Source: Torpedo marmorata (lineage: Eukaryota). From it: a stretch of DNA of 64,000 bases. Of this stretch, positions 36,872 to 50,299 are shown one piece after another. Every line of letters starts with the position of its first letter. Positions within the stretch are counted from its first letter, which is position 1. A program made the position numbers and the translations under genes. The stretch is taken from positions 180,172,001 through 180,236,000 of the forward strand of contig OZ360223.1 in assembly GCA_977017645.1 (NCBI GenBank). The letters are read 5' to 3'. Under the pieces are notes generated by a model. It had not been told where the DNA came from. It was given only the letters and a program-made list of their open reading frames with translations, and made no database searches.

Positions 36872-39229
36872 TACAGTATACACAAGTTAAAAACCCTGAT
36901 TTATATAAAAGGAGAGTTGAACTTAAAACTAAATTTGATCTTCTTTCTACTTATCCCATTGTAGAGCAACTTTTGAGGAGCAAGAGTCAGTTCTACATCC
37001 ATAGTGAAAAATCCGGTAAGCTTTTGGCCAGTCAATTGAAAAGTATGGCTGCTAAGAGACAAATTAATAAGATTCGGATGGAAGATGGTACGGATACTAC
37101 TGACCATTCTAAAATAAGTGATACCTTCAGAGAATTTTATTCCAGATTGTGCACTTCTGAATCTAATAATGAAAATACTTCAATGATGGACTTTTTGGAC
37201 CGCCTTAATTTGCCTATGCTTTCTTAGAATAAACGTATGAGTCTGGAGGCTCCTATTTCTCAAGAGGAAATACTTTTTTACAATCTGGTAAATCTCCAGG
37301 ACCTGATGGGTACCCTGTGTAATTTTATAAATCCTTTTCTAAATTGCTTGTGCCCCAATTGAGTTCTGTGCTTAATGACTCATTTAAACAAGGGAATCTT
37401 CCATCATCTTTTAATGAAGCTTGTATTTCTCTTATTCTGAAAAAGGGGATCCATTTGAATGTGCTTCTTATAGGCCTATCTCTTTACTCAATGTAGATAT
37501 GAAGATTTTGTCTAAAATATTGGCCCATAGATTGGAGAATATTTTACCATCAATCATTTCTGAAGATCAAACTGTTTTTATTAAAACTGTTATTCTTATT
37601 TTAATATACACCGTTTATTGAATATTTTATATTTACCTCCCACTCCTGTCCCTGAATGTGTTCTTTCTCTCGATGCAGAGACGGCTTTCGATCGGGTGGA
37701 ATGGGGGTATCTATTTGCGACTTTGGAAAAATGTAATTTTGGACCACGTTTTATTAAATGGATTAAATTATTATATTTATGTCCTACTGCGTCAATTCTT
37801 ACTAATTTACAGCAATCAAAACCTTTTAATCTTCAACAGGGTACTCGTCAAGGCTGTCCTTTAATCCATTACTTTTTGACTTGGTATTAGAACCTCTAGC
37901 AATTGCTCTTCGTGAATGTAGAGATTTTATAGGGATCCATAGGAACAGCATTGAACACAAGGTTTCCTTATATGCAGATGATCTTTTGCTTTTTGTATCT
38001 AATCCAGATGTTTCTTTACAAAGCATATTAGCTTTGCTAACTCATATTAGTCTGTTTCTGGGTATAAGTTGAATCTGCATAAAAGTGAACTTTTACCTTT
38101 AAATGGTTCTATACCAAGATATTCTATTTTTCGTTTTAAGATTGTGAAGGATCAATTTACCTATCTCGGTATTACAATTACTTTTTAAGGAAAGTTTTTC
38201 TAATTTATTTAATCAGGTTAAATTATTGTTATCGAGATGGTCACCTTTATCTATTTCCATGATTGGTCGTATCAATTCTATTAAAATGAACATTTTACCT
38301 AAATTTTTGTATCTTTTCCAATCTATACCAATTTTCATTCCCAAATCTTTTTTTGATTCACTTATTTCGCTTATATCTTCCTACATATGGAAAGGAAAAC
38401 ACCCTCGCTTAAATAAAGCTCATCTTGAAAAAGCTAAAAGGAATGGTGGATTGGCTTTTCCTAATTTTAGATTTTATTATTGGGCGGTCAATATATGTAA
38501 TTTGATTCTTTTGCTATATTTTGATAATCTAGTTGACCGCTCTTCATGGGTAGAAATAGAACTGAATTTTACTAAGAATACTTCCATGTTGGCAATTCTT
38601 GGGTCCTTTTTATCTTCTTCTTTATATAAACTAACTGATAATCTGATAACTAAACATAGTTTGAGAATATGGGCAAAAGTTAGAAGGTTTTTTGGATTTC
38701 AGAGTTTTTCTCTTGCTAGCCCTATTATATCTAATCACCTTTTCCAACCTTCTTTGCAAGATACCGCCTTAAATGTTTCAGACCTTTTTATTCGTATAAT
38801 TTTGCTTCTTTTGAACAATTGGTGGTAAAATTTAACTTACCAAACACTCATTTTTTTAGATATTTACAAGTTAGACATTTTGTTCAATCTCAGATCCCTC
38901 ACTTTCCGCGAATCCCCGAAGCAAACATCCTTGATACACTTTTTGATTTACAACTTTCTCATAAAGGCTTAATATCTCTTATTTATAATAATTTGCTTGA
39001 TTTAAGAATAGCCTCGTTAGTTAAAATCAAGAATGATGAGGTTTGGGACTCCATTTGTAATTTGATTAATACTACCTCCCTTTGTGCATGACACTGTTTG
39101 TTGCAATTTAAAGTGGTCCATAGAGTACATATGTCTAAAGTTAAATTGTCTCGTTTTTATTCAGATATAAATCCTCTATGTGACAAATGTAAAATTGGTG
39201 AGGCTTCTTTGGTTCACATGTTCTGGACT

Positions 39230-40566
39230 TCAGAATCAGAATTTATTGTCATGAACAAGTCATGAAATTCGGTGTTTTGCGGCAGCATCATAGTGCAAAC
39301 ATTCATATTATTACCATCTTACGACATTACTATAAAAAAAATAATAATAATAGTGCATGAAAAGTAAGGCAGTGTCTTTGGTTCATTGATTATTCAGGAA
39401 TCTGATGGCAGCGGGGTAGAAGCTGTCCTTGTGCCATTGAGTGCTTGACTTTAGGCACCTGTACATTTTTCCCGTTGGAAGCAGAGTGAAGAGGGCATGG
39501 CCTGGGTGGTGAGTGTCTTTGAGGACAGAGGCTGCTTTTTTAAGACACTGTCTCATGTAGATGTCCTCGATGGAGTGAAGTCTGATGCCTGTGATGTCAC
39601 AGGCCGAGTTAACAACACTCTGGAATTTATTCTTGTCCTGAGAGTTGGCTCCTCCATACCAGGCAGTGATGCAACCAGCCAGAATGCTCTCCACGGTACA
39701 CCTGTAGAAGCTTACGAGAGTCTTCGGTGACATACCGAATCTCCTCAGACACCTCACAAAGTATAGCCGCTGGCGAGCCTTCTTTGTGATTGCTTCAACG
39801 TGGAGGCTCCAGGACAGATCCTCGGAGATGTTGACACCCAGAAATTTGAAGTTTTTGACCCTCTCCACTACTGAGCACTCTATGAGGACTGGGTCGTGTT
39901 CCCCTAACTTCCTCCTGAAGACCACAATCATCTCCTTGGTTTTGCTGACGTTGAGCGCATGGTTGTTATCGTTACACCATTCAACGAGCTGATCTATCTC
40001 CATCCTGTACGCTTCCTCATTGCCGTTTGTGATTCTGCCGACAACTGTGGTGTCATCGGCAAACTTGTAGATGGCATTGGAATTGTGCCTGGCCACACAG
40101 TCATGGGTGTATAACGAGTAGAGCAGTGGGATAAGCACGCATCCTTGGCGTGCGCCTTTGTTGATAATCAGTGAGGAAGAGACGTTGTTTCCAATTCGTA
40201 CTGACTGTGGTCTTCCGATGAGAAAGTCAAGGATCCATTTCCAGAGGGGGGTACAGAGGCCTAGAGTTTGTAGCTTCTTGACCAGCACTGAGGGAATAAT
40301 CGTATTGAAGGCCGAGCTGTAGTCGATGAAGAGCAGCCGTATGTATGAATTGCTGTTTTCGAGGTGGTCCAGAGCTGAGTGGAGAGCCAGCGATATTGGA
40401 TCTGCTGTGGAGCAATTGTGACGATAGGCGAATTGCAGTAGGTCCAGATCTTTGCTAAGGAACGTGTTAATTCTGGCCATGACCAGCCTCTCAAAGCTTT
40501 TCATAACAGTAGAAGTTAGTGCTACTGGGCGGTAGTTGTTGAGGCAGCTCACAGTACTCTTCTTGG
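39230..40566 (-). mobile_element. Rex1/Babar LINE, 5'-truncated, RT frame open
   Basis: ORF 39383..40585 has [33 protein letters not shown]; (TTCTGA)n tail abuts the broken end of the host L1. Confidence 0.92.
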
Positions 40567-41533
40567 AAAGATGTTTTTCAAACATTATCTGATTGTCAAT
40601 TTTGTATTATTCAGAGAAAATTCATTTCCATGAAGGCCCAGTTTAGTTTGAATGGAAAGGTTCCAGTTCAGTAATGTAGTTAAATATTTTTTGCTAACTT
40701 GGATTGACATTTGATATTGTAAATTACAGTATATAACTGAGTTTTCAAGGGGAAGTAGAATGGCCAGTAGATTTTGCAGTAAGATTCATTGTTTAAAGTT
40801 GTAGAGCCTCCTAAAATTGTATAACCACTATTTCCACTACTACAGAATTGAGATCTGGACATTATTTTGTCACTCCCATTGTGTATTTATTTTTCTGGTC
40901 TTTGGCCTTTTTAAAAATCTTGGATTGCTGTTAAATATCCACTCAACATACGAGTGTGGTTGGAGAGAGTCAGTGGTGTACCTATAAAATACCCTTTGGC
41001 ATTTTAAAAAAGTTTTGCTTATTTTAAATCTGAACAATTTGCTGTATTTTCCAAGAAACTAAAATTGCTTTTAACAGTTCCACATTTAAAGAGGTACCAG
41101 ATAGATGTAACTTTAGGAACTGTACAAGTAAGTAATTGAACCAGGAATTTTAGAGGTGGTTTATGTGATGTGCTTACAATGCTTATGGCAGATGCTATTC
41201 TACTCTTTGGCTTCAGAATAAAGCTTGCAGTCATCCATCATTGGTTTCTTCCAGTCACTTCCTCCTGGCACCCCATTCCATCCCCAACCCTGTTCCTGCG
41301 TTTTTTTATGCTGGTGAGATGTAACTCCAAGAGTGCAAGAGAAAACACTTCTCCAATAACATACTCACGATTTATGTAACTTCATTATTTTGAACAGGTC
41401 AGTTTACACAAGTGCCTTCCCTCTCACTTCAGTTAATGGTTTGAAAGAGTAAAACACAGGAACAAGGGAAGAATGAGAAGTGTTAGATACCTTGGCTAAC
41501 TGTTTTATATTGAAGTTATGTATGATCCAGTAA

Positions 41534-41725
<192 letters not shown>

Positions 41726-42444
41726 GATCAGATACAAGGAAAAATACATTTTGAAAAGCATTCAACAATTGATCATTTCAAGGTCAGATAAATCAATCTT
41801 TCAGAGAGGTGATTCAAGGAATAGTTTTTTTTAATTGAATATCTCTGTTGAAGTAATTTATTTCCAGTCCCATTGATATCACTTCATCAATGTGTTGTTG
41901 TTCGAATGCAGGTAAAGGGAAATTTTGTGTAATATAACAATTTCTGTATTATTACATGACAATAAAAGGAATCTTGAAATCTTGAATCTTAAATGAAGGA
42001 CAAGAGTGTGTGAAGTGTTGTTGGTGCTTTAGGACATATTATGTGAAATTTGAATTTCTTTACTCTGGTTCATCACTTGAACAATGTAAAGTAGAAGAGC
42101 CAAAGGATCGTAAAACTGGAAATTTCCTCCTTTCTGGCCAGGGTTGGCTAAATGATCAATACACTGTGAACTCAATTAGGCCCACAGATTTTTATCCTTA
42201 CCTAGAGCTTCTCAGGCATTGAAAACAAATTTATAAATTTAAATTTAATGTAATTTAATTGTTTTTTAAATTTGTTTTTAAACATTTTTTAAATTACCGG
42301 TACATTTTAAATTAAAGTTAAATTAAATTTAAAGATCGAGAGCATATTTATTTGCTAAGCACTGATGGTGTTAATTCATGTAGCTGGTTACAACTAGTTT
42401 TGTCAAATTATTCCCTTTGATGCTATTTTGATATGAGTACCTGG

Positions 42445-44062
42445 CTGCCGTCGGAGGGCAGCAGCAATCATCAAAGACCCACACCACCCAGCACATGCTC
42501 TGTTCTCGCTGCTACCATCAGGAGAGAGGTATAGGTGCCACAAGACTCGCACCGCCATGTTTAGGAACAGCTGCTACCCCTCTACCATCAGAATCCTCAA
42601 CGACAAAGTCAAATTAGAGACTCATTTAAGGACTCTTACTCGTGCACTTTATTGATTTTTCTTTGCTCTCTCTGTATTGCAGTCAGTTTCATTTTCAGTT
42701 TCATTCGTTACCTGTTAGCAGTTCTTTTGATTGTTTACATATTTACGCTGTTGTGACGGATGTGTTAATGTTAATATTAATATTTAAAGTTAAGTTATAG
42801 AATTAGATATCTTAGTAAGGTTAGTTGTGGGCTGGTACAGGGTCACACACAGGTCACGGCACATTTGCAGGAAAAAAACTATTACTGAGAGAAAGAAATT
42901 GCAGCTGGGAGTCTTTCGGAGTCGACACGTCTATGAAAGACAAAAGCCATAAAACCTGAAGTGGTTGCTTAAAAACATTTAAGTGATTTAAAAACTGAAG
43001 TGGTTTTTAAAAGCCTTATGATAGCAGCTGTTGCAAACTCAAGTGCCATTTGAGTGACATATGCCAGACTATTCGGAGTCGTAATCACTTAAACCTCTTG
43101 GAACAGAGATGAGGTCAGATGTAAGTGATTTTGAAGAAAGGCATGAGGTAATGCTTTCTGAAAATGAAACTAAAATTGTGGTGATGTAATGTCACATGAT
43201 GTCAGAAATATATAATGAAAGCAAAGAGACATTTTTGAGGCAGATTGAACCAGACTGGAGAAAAACTCTGACACTTCGGAAAGATGAAGATATAAAGACT
43301 GAAGAACTTTAATATTCTGGAAAGGCAGAATTAAGTCTGAACAGTGATCTCTGAGTGAGGAGGTGCTGTTCTGTGTATTATCCTTATCATAGGAGATACA
43401 CCATATAAGTGGCTTTTAAAATAAGTAAGACCACTTTCAAATTGTTTCTAAGAAAAGAGGACATCAGCGTATGTTACTCCTGATTAAGAAAGAAATCATT
43501 TTGAAGATTACAGTTCCGTAACCCTAACAAGATAGGGGGAACCTTGTGAACACACTCGTATGAAGACTATCTCTGAAAGACAACTCATCAAAACACGTGT
43601 GAGTTTGAAAGAAATTGAATATTCCATTCTTGCTTTATAATAATTTCTGAATCACAATTTAAAGGGATCCTGAAGTTCAACAAAAGAAGTTGGAAACTGG
43701 ACTTTAAAAATTGACTTTTTCAGAATTAAGTTTGAACTGAACTAGTTTGGACTTTAACACACACACATTTGCATTTGCGCATAGTGGGGTTTAAGTTAGA
43801 GTTAAGTTTAGAGATAAGTATGATATGTTATGTTATTAATAGTTTAAATAAAAACTATTTTTGAATTTACCATTGTCTGGTGCATATTCCATTGCTGTTT
43901 CTTTGTTAGTACTAGCAAGGTTTGTTAGTTCGTAACACTGTGTGCAGTTTACTTTTTGCACTAACAATTAGTGGTAATTCTGCTGCGCCCGTAGGAAAAA
44001 GAATCTCAGGGTTGTATGTGACGTCATATATGTACTCTGACAATAAATCTGAAATCTGAATT
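42445..44062 (+). mobile_element. Rex1/Babar 3' end split by a solo LTR
   Basis: RRAAAIIKDPHHP..RYRCHKTRT remnant; 3' UTR resumes after 43941; TCTGAAA tail. Confidence 0.85.
42752..43937 (+). mobile_element. Solo LTR, Gypsy-type (1186 bp)
   Basis: TGTGACG...CGTAACA termini; 4-bp TSD CTGT (42748-42751, 43938-43941); AATAAA near the 3' end. Confidence 0.88.
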
Positions 44063-44199
44063 CCTTTAATACCTGTTCCTCTTACTGGTCTTAGATATCC
44101 TAGATAATCCATTAACAGGGATTTCTGATGGTCATTTCCAATGCCTCAAATTAGTTCTAAAGATACACTGTCTGCCTGAGCTTCCGCCTACAACCCAGT

Positions 44200-44560
44200 C
44201 TTGGAATTAGAGTCCTGGAGATATACAGCACAAAACAGGCCCTTTGCCCCAACTCGTCCATGCTGGCAAAGTAGCCTATCTGAGGTAGTATCATTTGCCT
44301 GTGTTTGGCCTATATTCCTCTATGCCTTCCCTGTTCATGGACCTGTCCAAATGTCTTTTAAATGTTGTAATTGTACTCACGTCCACAGCTTCCTCTGGCT
44401 GCTCGTTCCACATCCTGTGTGGAAAAAGTTGCTCTTAGGTCATTTAAAAATGTTCCCCTCTCACGTTAAACCTAAACCCTCTTGTTTTAGACTTCTCTAC
44501 TGCAGGGAATAAACTATGACCATTCACCTTACCCATGCCGCTCATGATTTTATTTACTTC
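44200..44560 (-). mobile_element. Degraded CR1 LINE 3' fragment
   Basis: CR1-like 3' UTR (ACAGCACAAAACAGGCCCTTTGCCCC) and inverted YKIMSGMGKV-like remnant. Confidence 0.6.
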
Positions 44561-45039
44561 AAATGATCTTTTCTCAGGATTATTATTACATTGTTTTCGA
44601 GAGTATCTTGAACGTAGGAAACCAATGTTTTATTTGGCATCTATATTCCTTATTATATTGGAAATTGAGGATGAATAAGGCAACTGAGGATCTGCAGTTC
44701 CAGTTTACGTAGATCCAATTTCAGGGGTGGGGGGTGGGAATGAAAGTTTATTGCACGTCTTACAGTGTTTGCCAATCTAATCAAGAGAAATCATCATTAA
44801 ATCACAAACCATAATAATTGGAAATGTGTAAAATGTTCTCATGGCAAAGCTATTATATTGAACAATGAAATAATCAGTCAAACTATTCATGTGAAATTGA
44901 TCTCATTAATTTGTAGCATTATGAATTATCTGTGTGCTCGTCAGTTTCTGGTGCAGTATAATTTGAATCAATATTGATGTGTTATAGCAATATAAGTTTT
45001 CATTCAGTGCAGATGGAGAAAGCTCTTCAGTTCTGACCA

Positions 45040-45190
45040 CAGTAAAATCCCCGATATCCAGAATTCAATCAACCGGCAAAAACATATTGCAAAAAATAAA
45101 TAGATAAAAAATACGAAATTTAAAATTGGTGCCCCCTAGCGGTCAGTTCGCCAATCATGCAACATGCAAAAATGGAGGTTTGATACTGTA
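45040..45190. mobile_element. Short Tigger-like MITE remnant
   Basis: CAGTAAAATCCCCGATATCC start and ...GGAGGTTTGATACTGTA end. Confidence 0.4.
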
Positions 45191-45486
45191 CTACATTCAT
45201 CCTGTGCATCTCTGAGTTAAATAACCCAACGTCACATGGTATTATGTGGTATTAATGTTCCAATTGCAGAAAATGTAACACATGAAATAACTATCAATAG
45301 GAGGAACAGTAAAAATGCAGCAGCTTGAAAACTGTGACGTAAAACCTGTGCCTAAAATCATTTTATTACATTATCCAAAATCAAAGTGTTTTATAAAATG
45401 AATGTAAGAGGTACTTAAAAATGTGTACTTTTTACCAATGCTTAATTTTTATATGTAATTATAACTATTGTTTTTAATTGCTTTAA

Positions 45487-46625
45487 AGGATCACCTCGAA
45501 AATAGCAATTCATACATACGGCTGCTCTTCATCGACTACAGCTCGGCCTTCAATACCATTATTCCCCCAGTGCTGGTCAAGAAGCTACAAACTCTAGGCC
45601 TCTGTACCCCCCTCTGCAACTGGATCCTTGACTTTCTCATCGGAAGACCACAGTCAGTACGAATTGGAAACAACGTCTCCTCCTCACTGATTATCAACAC
45701 AGGCGCACCCCAAGGATGCGTGCTTAGCCCACTGCTCTACTCGTTATACACCCATGACTGTGTGGCCAGGCACAATTCCAATGCTATCTACAAGTTTGCC
45801 GATGACACCACAGTTGTTGGCAGAATCACAAACGGCAATGAGGAAGCGTACAGGAGGGTGATAGATCAGCTCGTTGAATGGTGTAACGACAACAACCTTG
45901 CGCTCAACGTTAGCAAAACCAAGGAGATGATTGTGGACTTCAGGAGGAAGTCAGGGGAACATGACCCAGTCCTCATAGAGGGCTCAGTAGTGGAGAGGGT
46001 CAAGAACTTCAAATTCCTGGGTGTCAACAGCTCCGAGGATCTGTCCTGGAACCTCCATGTTGATGCAATCACGAAGGCTCGCCAGCGGCTATACTTTGTG
46101 AGGTGTCTGAGGAGATTCGGTATGTCATCAAAGACTCTCGAAAACTTCTACAGGTGTATCGTGGAGAGCATTCTGGCTGGTTGCATCACTGCCTGGTATG
46201 GAGGCGCCAACTCTCAGGACAAAAATAAACTCCAGAGTGTTGTTAACTCGGCCTGCGACATCACAGGCACCAGACTTCACTCCATCGAGGACATCTACAT
46301 GAGGCGGTGTCTTAGAAAAGCAGCCTCTATCCTCAAAGACCCCCACCACCCAGGCCATGCCCTCTTTACTTTGCTACCATCGGGAAAAAGGTACAGGAGC
46401 CTAAAAACGAACACTCAACGGCACAAGGACAGCTTCTTCCCCGCTGCCATCAGATTCCTGAATAATCAATGAACCAAAGACACTGCCTTACTTTTCGTGC
46501 ACTATTATTTATATTTTTTTATAGTAATGTTGTAAGATGGTTATAATATGAATGTTTGCACTATGATGCTGCTGCAAAACACCGAATTTCATGACTTGTT
46601 CATGACAATAAATTTGAATTCTGAT
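45487..46625 (+). mobile_element. Rex1/Babar LINE, 5'-truncated, RT frame open
   Basis: ORF 45468..46472 has [17 protein letters not shown] and YKFADD; near-identical to copies at 39230 and 51520. Confidence 0.92.
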
Positions 46626-47135
46626 ATATAAATAAAAGTCTGTCTTTTGTAGTTTAAAATCTGTCAACATTAGTTTGTCTTGAAATTAATCTAATAGAAA
46701 GCAAGGGTCTGGCTTCTGCCAGAAAAAAGTGTTATGGGTAGCACAAAAGGAATAACTCATAACTCTACACTTTTTGATAATTGAGCAACTCTCTGAAAGG
46801 ATAACAATGTTTTTGTTTCAAACTCCACTTAATATATCCTGTATTATTATTTTTAATTTGTCAATAAAGCATCCTATCTGTTAATAGTATTTGCATATTG
46901 TGTTACTGAGGTTATAAATGATATGATTTTTAATTTTAAAACATTCCAAAACAAGAAAATATAAAACAGAGCTCGTGATAATCATAACACAGCAGTGAAT
47001 GATCCAGCCTTCATTAGGTTAAATTAGAACTCAAAAGATTATGTTCTACATGTTTAGGTGTGAAATGGCTTTGAACAAAAATAAGATATGGAAACACTTC
47101 CTCACTGAATTACCTCAGCAGAATAACTCTGTAGA

Positions 47136-48133
47136 GGATTAATTGGAATTATATATGATAGATTATTAAAATTACGTCCAGTACTTCATGATAAGATTAA
47201 AAAGGCTTGGGAACTGGAACTTGCAAGACCCTTATCTGAGGATCTATGGGACAAGATTTTTAAATTGGTAAATACATCTTCTATATATGCCCGACATTCT
47301 TTAATCCAATTCAAAGTGGTGCATCGTGTTCACATGTCCAAAGATAAATTGGCTAGTATTTTTTTCTAATATTAACCCTATTTGTGACAGATGCAAATCT
47401 GAAATTGCTACATTGACACATATGTTTTGGTCTACTTCATCCTTAGAAAACTATTGGAAAGAAATTTTTAATATCTTTTCAACTATACTCCAGGTGAAGC
47501 TACGACCCAATCCAATAACTGCTCTTTTCGGGGTTATTGACCCAGACATAGGGAGTTTTTCTGTACCTGTTCAACGGGTTGTGGCCTTCTCCACATTGTT
47601 GGCTAGAAGAGCCATACTATTCAAATTGAAAGACTAGACCTCCAACAGTGTTTCAATGGTTTTCTCATATGATGTCTTGTTTAAGTTTAGAAAAAATTAG
47701 ATATCATGTATTTGATTCATCGGTGAAATTTGAAGATACATGCCAACCTTTTGTGTCTTATTTTCATATGATGTAAGTGTTTCTAATGTGATTAGATGTA
47801 TTTACTCTTCCTTTGTTTTTTGATTTACGGTAGGAACCAAAAATTACAAAATATATATAACCTTCAGGATAAGCTGCTCAGCTGTTTTTTGTTAGTTTTT
47901 TTTTATTAGAGTAGGTTAGGTGGGTTTTTTTATATATATATATATATAAAATACTTTTGATGTTTTTTTTCATTGTCACGTATTGCAGTGGAGGGGGATC
48001 AAGTTTATACTGTTTGAAGTTTTATTTTAATATATATATACATATTTGATGTAGTATTTTCAATTTTGTTCCCTTTTCTTCATTGTATTGTATTTCTTAT
48101 AAAAATCAATAAAAAAGATTGAAAAAGAAAGAA
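47136..48133 (+). mobile_element. 5'-truncated L1 3' fragment
   Basis: ARHSLIQFKVVHR, CDRCK..LTHMFWS, SLEKIRY remnants; AATAAA + A-rich tail; possible TSD CTGTAGA. Confidence 0.85.
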
Positions 48134-48254
48134 CTGTAGAAAAGCAGTTCTGCTGAATTTTGTAGAACAGACAATGGAAAAGGCACCAGAGCTGAGGTCA
48201 TATATTAGAGAATGGTAAAGAAAACAAAAGAGAAAATAGCAAGGTTATAGCCTC

Positions 48255-48590
48255 ATGATGTAGAAAGGTTGTTTCCCATGGTGGGAGTCTTGGACAAGAG
48301 GGCACAACTTCTGGATTGAAGGGCTTCTGCTTAGATCAGAGATGTGGAGGAATGTTTTCAGCCAGAGAGTAGTAAATCTGTGGAATTTTTTTACCACAGG
48401 CAGTTGTGGAGGCCAGGTCATTGGGTGTATTTAAGGCAGAGATTGAAAGGTTCTCGATTAACCAGGGCATCAAAGGTTATGGCGAGAAAACCGGGCAGTG
48501 GGGCTGAGTGGGAATATGGCTAAACTCATGATTAAATCGCGGGGCAGTCACGATGGGCTGAATAGCCTATTACTGCTCCTATGTCTTATA
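48255..48590 (+). mobile_element. CR1 LINE 3' fragment
   Basis: TRGH, FSQRVVNLWN motifs and 3' UTR; same family as 49095-53345. Confidence 0.8.
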
Positions 48591-50299
48591 GTCATAAATG
48601 AAGTTTCATTGGTTGTGGAAATTGTTCCATCTAATTACAAACAAGTTTATGAACAGATTTTGGACTCCTTGTTTTTACAGCCATAATATGCTTTGGGTTT
48701 GTTCATTGCCAGAAAGGGTTTAAGTTTCAGCAAAAAAAATGAGTAGCTTCTGAAGGCTCATCCTCATTGAGCAGTTTTTTTTGGAAAATCACAGATAAAC
48801 AGCCTGCAGTTCATACGATAGCAATAACGCAGTGGATTATGAGATAATAGTGTAAATCGGGCAATCTTTGAAGGATGATTCCCGAAGTACTTGGATTTTG
48901 AGTTTCATATACATTAGTCTGCAAGCTCTTGCATATTGCTTCTACCTGCACAAATGGGATTAATGCTCCACTCAATTTAGCTTGCTTGTGACTATCAGCA
49001 ATGTTAATAGTTCAATAACATCCAGCACACTTCATATCAAACCAGACCACCTTTATCTGATCCACAAAATGGATGGTTTAAATGTGGTTATACATAAGAC
49101 CAGAAGATGTAGGAGCAGAAATACGCTTTCAGCCCATTGAGTCTGCCCGCCATTTAATCATGAGCTGATCCATTTCCCCACTCAGCCCCACTGCCCAGCC
49201 TCTTCCCTATAACCTTTGATGCCCTGGCTAATCAAGAACCTATCAATCTCTGCCTTAAATACACCCAGTGACCTGGCCTCCACAACTGCCTGTGGCAACA
49301 AATTCCACAGATTTACCACCCTCTGGCTGAAGAAATTCCTCTGCACCTCTCTTCTAAGCGGACGCCCTTAAATCCTGAAGTTGTGCCCTCTTGTCCTAGA
49401 GTCTAGACTCTCCCACCATGGGAAAGAACCTTTCTGCATCTACTCTGTCCATGCCTTTCGACATTTGAAATGCTTCAATGAGATCCCCCCTCATTCTCCT
49501 AAATTCCAATGAGTACAGGCCAAGAACTGCCAAAAGCTCCTTATATGATAACCCTTTCATTTCCCAGAATCATGCTTGTGAACCTACTCTGAACCCTCTC
49601 CAACTTCAGAACATCCTTTCTTAAATGAAGAGCCCAAAACTGTTCACAATACTCCAAGTGAGGTCTCACCAGTGCTTTACGGAGCCTCAACATCACATCC
49701 CTGCTCTTGTATTCTATTCCTCTTGAAATTAATGCCAGCATTGCATTTGCCTTCTTCACCACTGACTCAAAATGCAAGTTTACCTTCAGGGTATCCTGCA
49801 CGAGGACTCCTAGGTCCCTTTGCATCTGGGTATTTTAAATTTTCTCCCCACTTAAAAAATACTCTCCTCGTTTGTTTTTTCTGCCAAAGTACACTTTCTG
49901 ACAGTGTATTTCATTTGTCACTTCTCTGCCCATTTTAGTAATCTAAGTCCTTCTGCAGCCTCTCTGTTTCTTAACACGACCTGCTCCTCCACCTACCTTC
50001 ATATCATCTGCAAACTCGGCCACAAAGTCATTCATTCCATAATCCAAATCATTAATAATAGACAACATATAAAGAAGCAGCCCCAACACTGACCCCTGTG
50101 GAACACCACTAGCAATTGGTAGCCAACCAGAATATTATCCCTGTATTTCGACTGCTTCCTGCCAATCAGCCAATGCTCTATCCACGCAAGTATGTTTCCT
50201 GTTATACCATGGGCTCCTATATTGTTCAGTAGCCCCGTGCGGCACCTTGTCAAATGCCTTCTGAAAATCCAAATACACAACATCCACTGCAACTCCCTT

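Larger units (their letters stand above)
20243..39230 (+). mobile_element. Old L1-clade LINE hosting nested insertions; ORF1 ~20392-21202, ORF2 ~24869-25825 + 36877-39230
   Basis: 5' GGACTTCTGG; ORF1 DLESRSRRQNIRILGL; endonuclease SWNVKG, GGDFN, YSRIDYF, SDHAP; RT SYRPISLLN, LDAETAFDRVEW, LYADDLL; many stops. ORF2 rejoins in frame (QIDLQ|YTQVKNPDLY) across the BEL insertion. Confidence 0.9.

Noticed and set aside
44570-44700. ttttctcag acceptor as exon 10 of a relic paralogue
   Set aside because: Translation (LLLHCFREYLERRKP) has no P450 similarity.
47136-48133. Displaced 3' end of the L1 at 20243-39230
   Set aside because: Overlaps the same ORF2 region (QFKVVHR...HMFW) with different sequence and has its own candidate TSD, so it is an independent copy.
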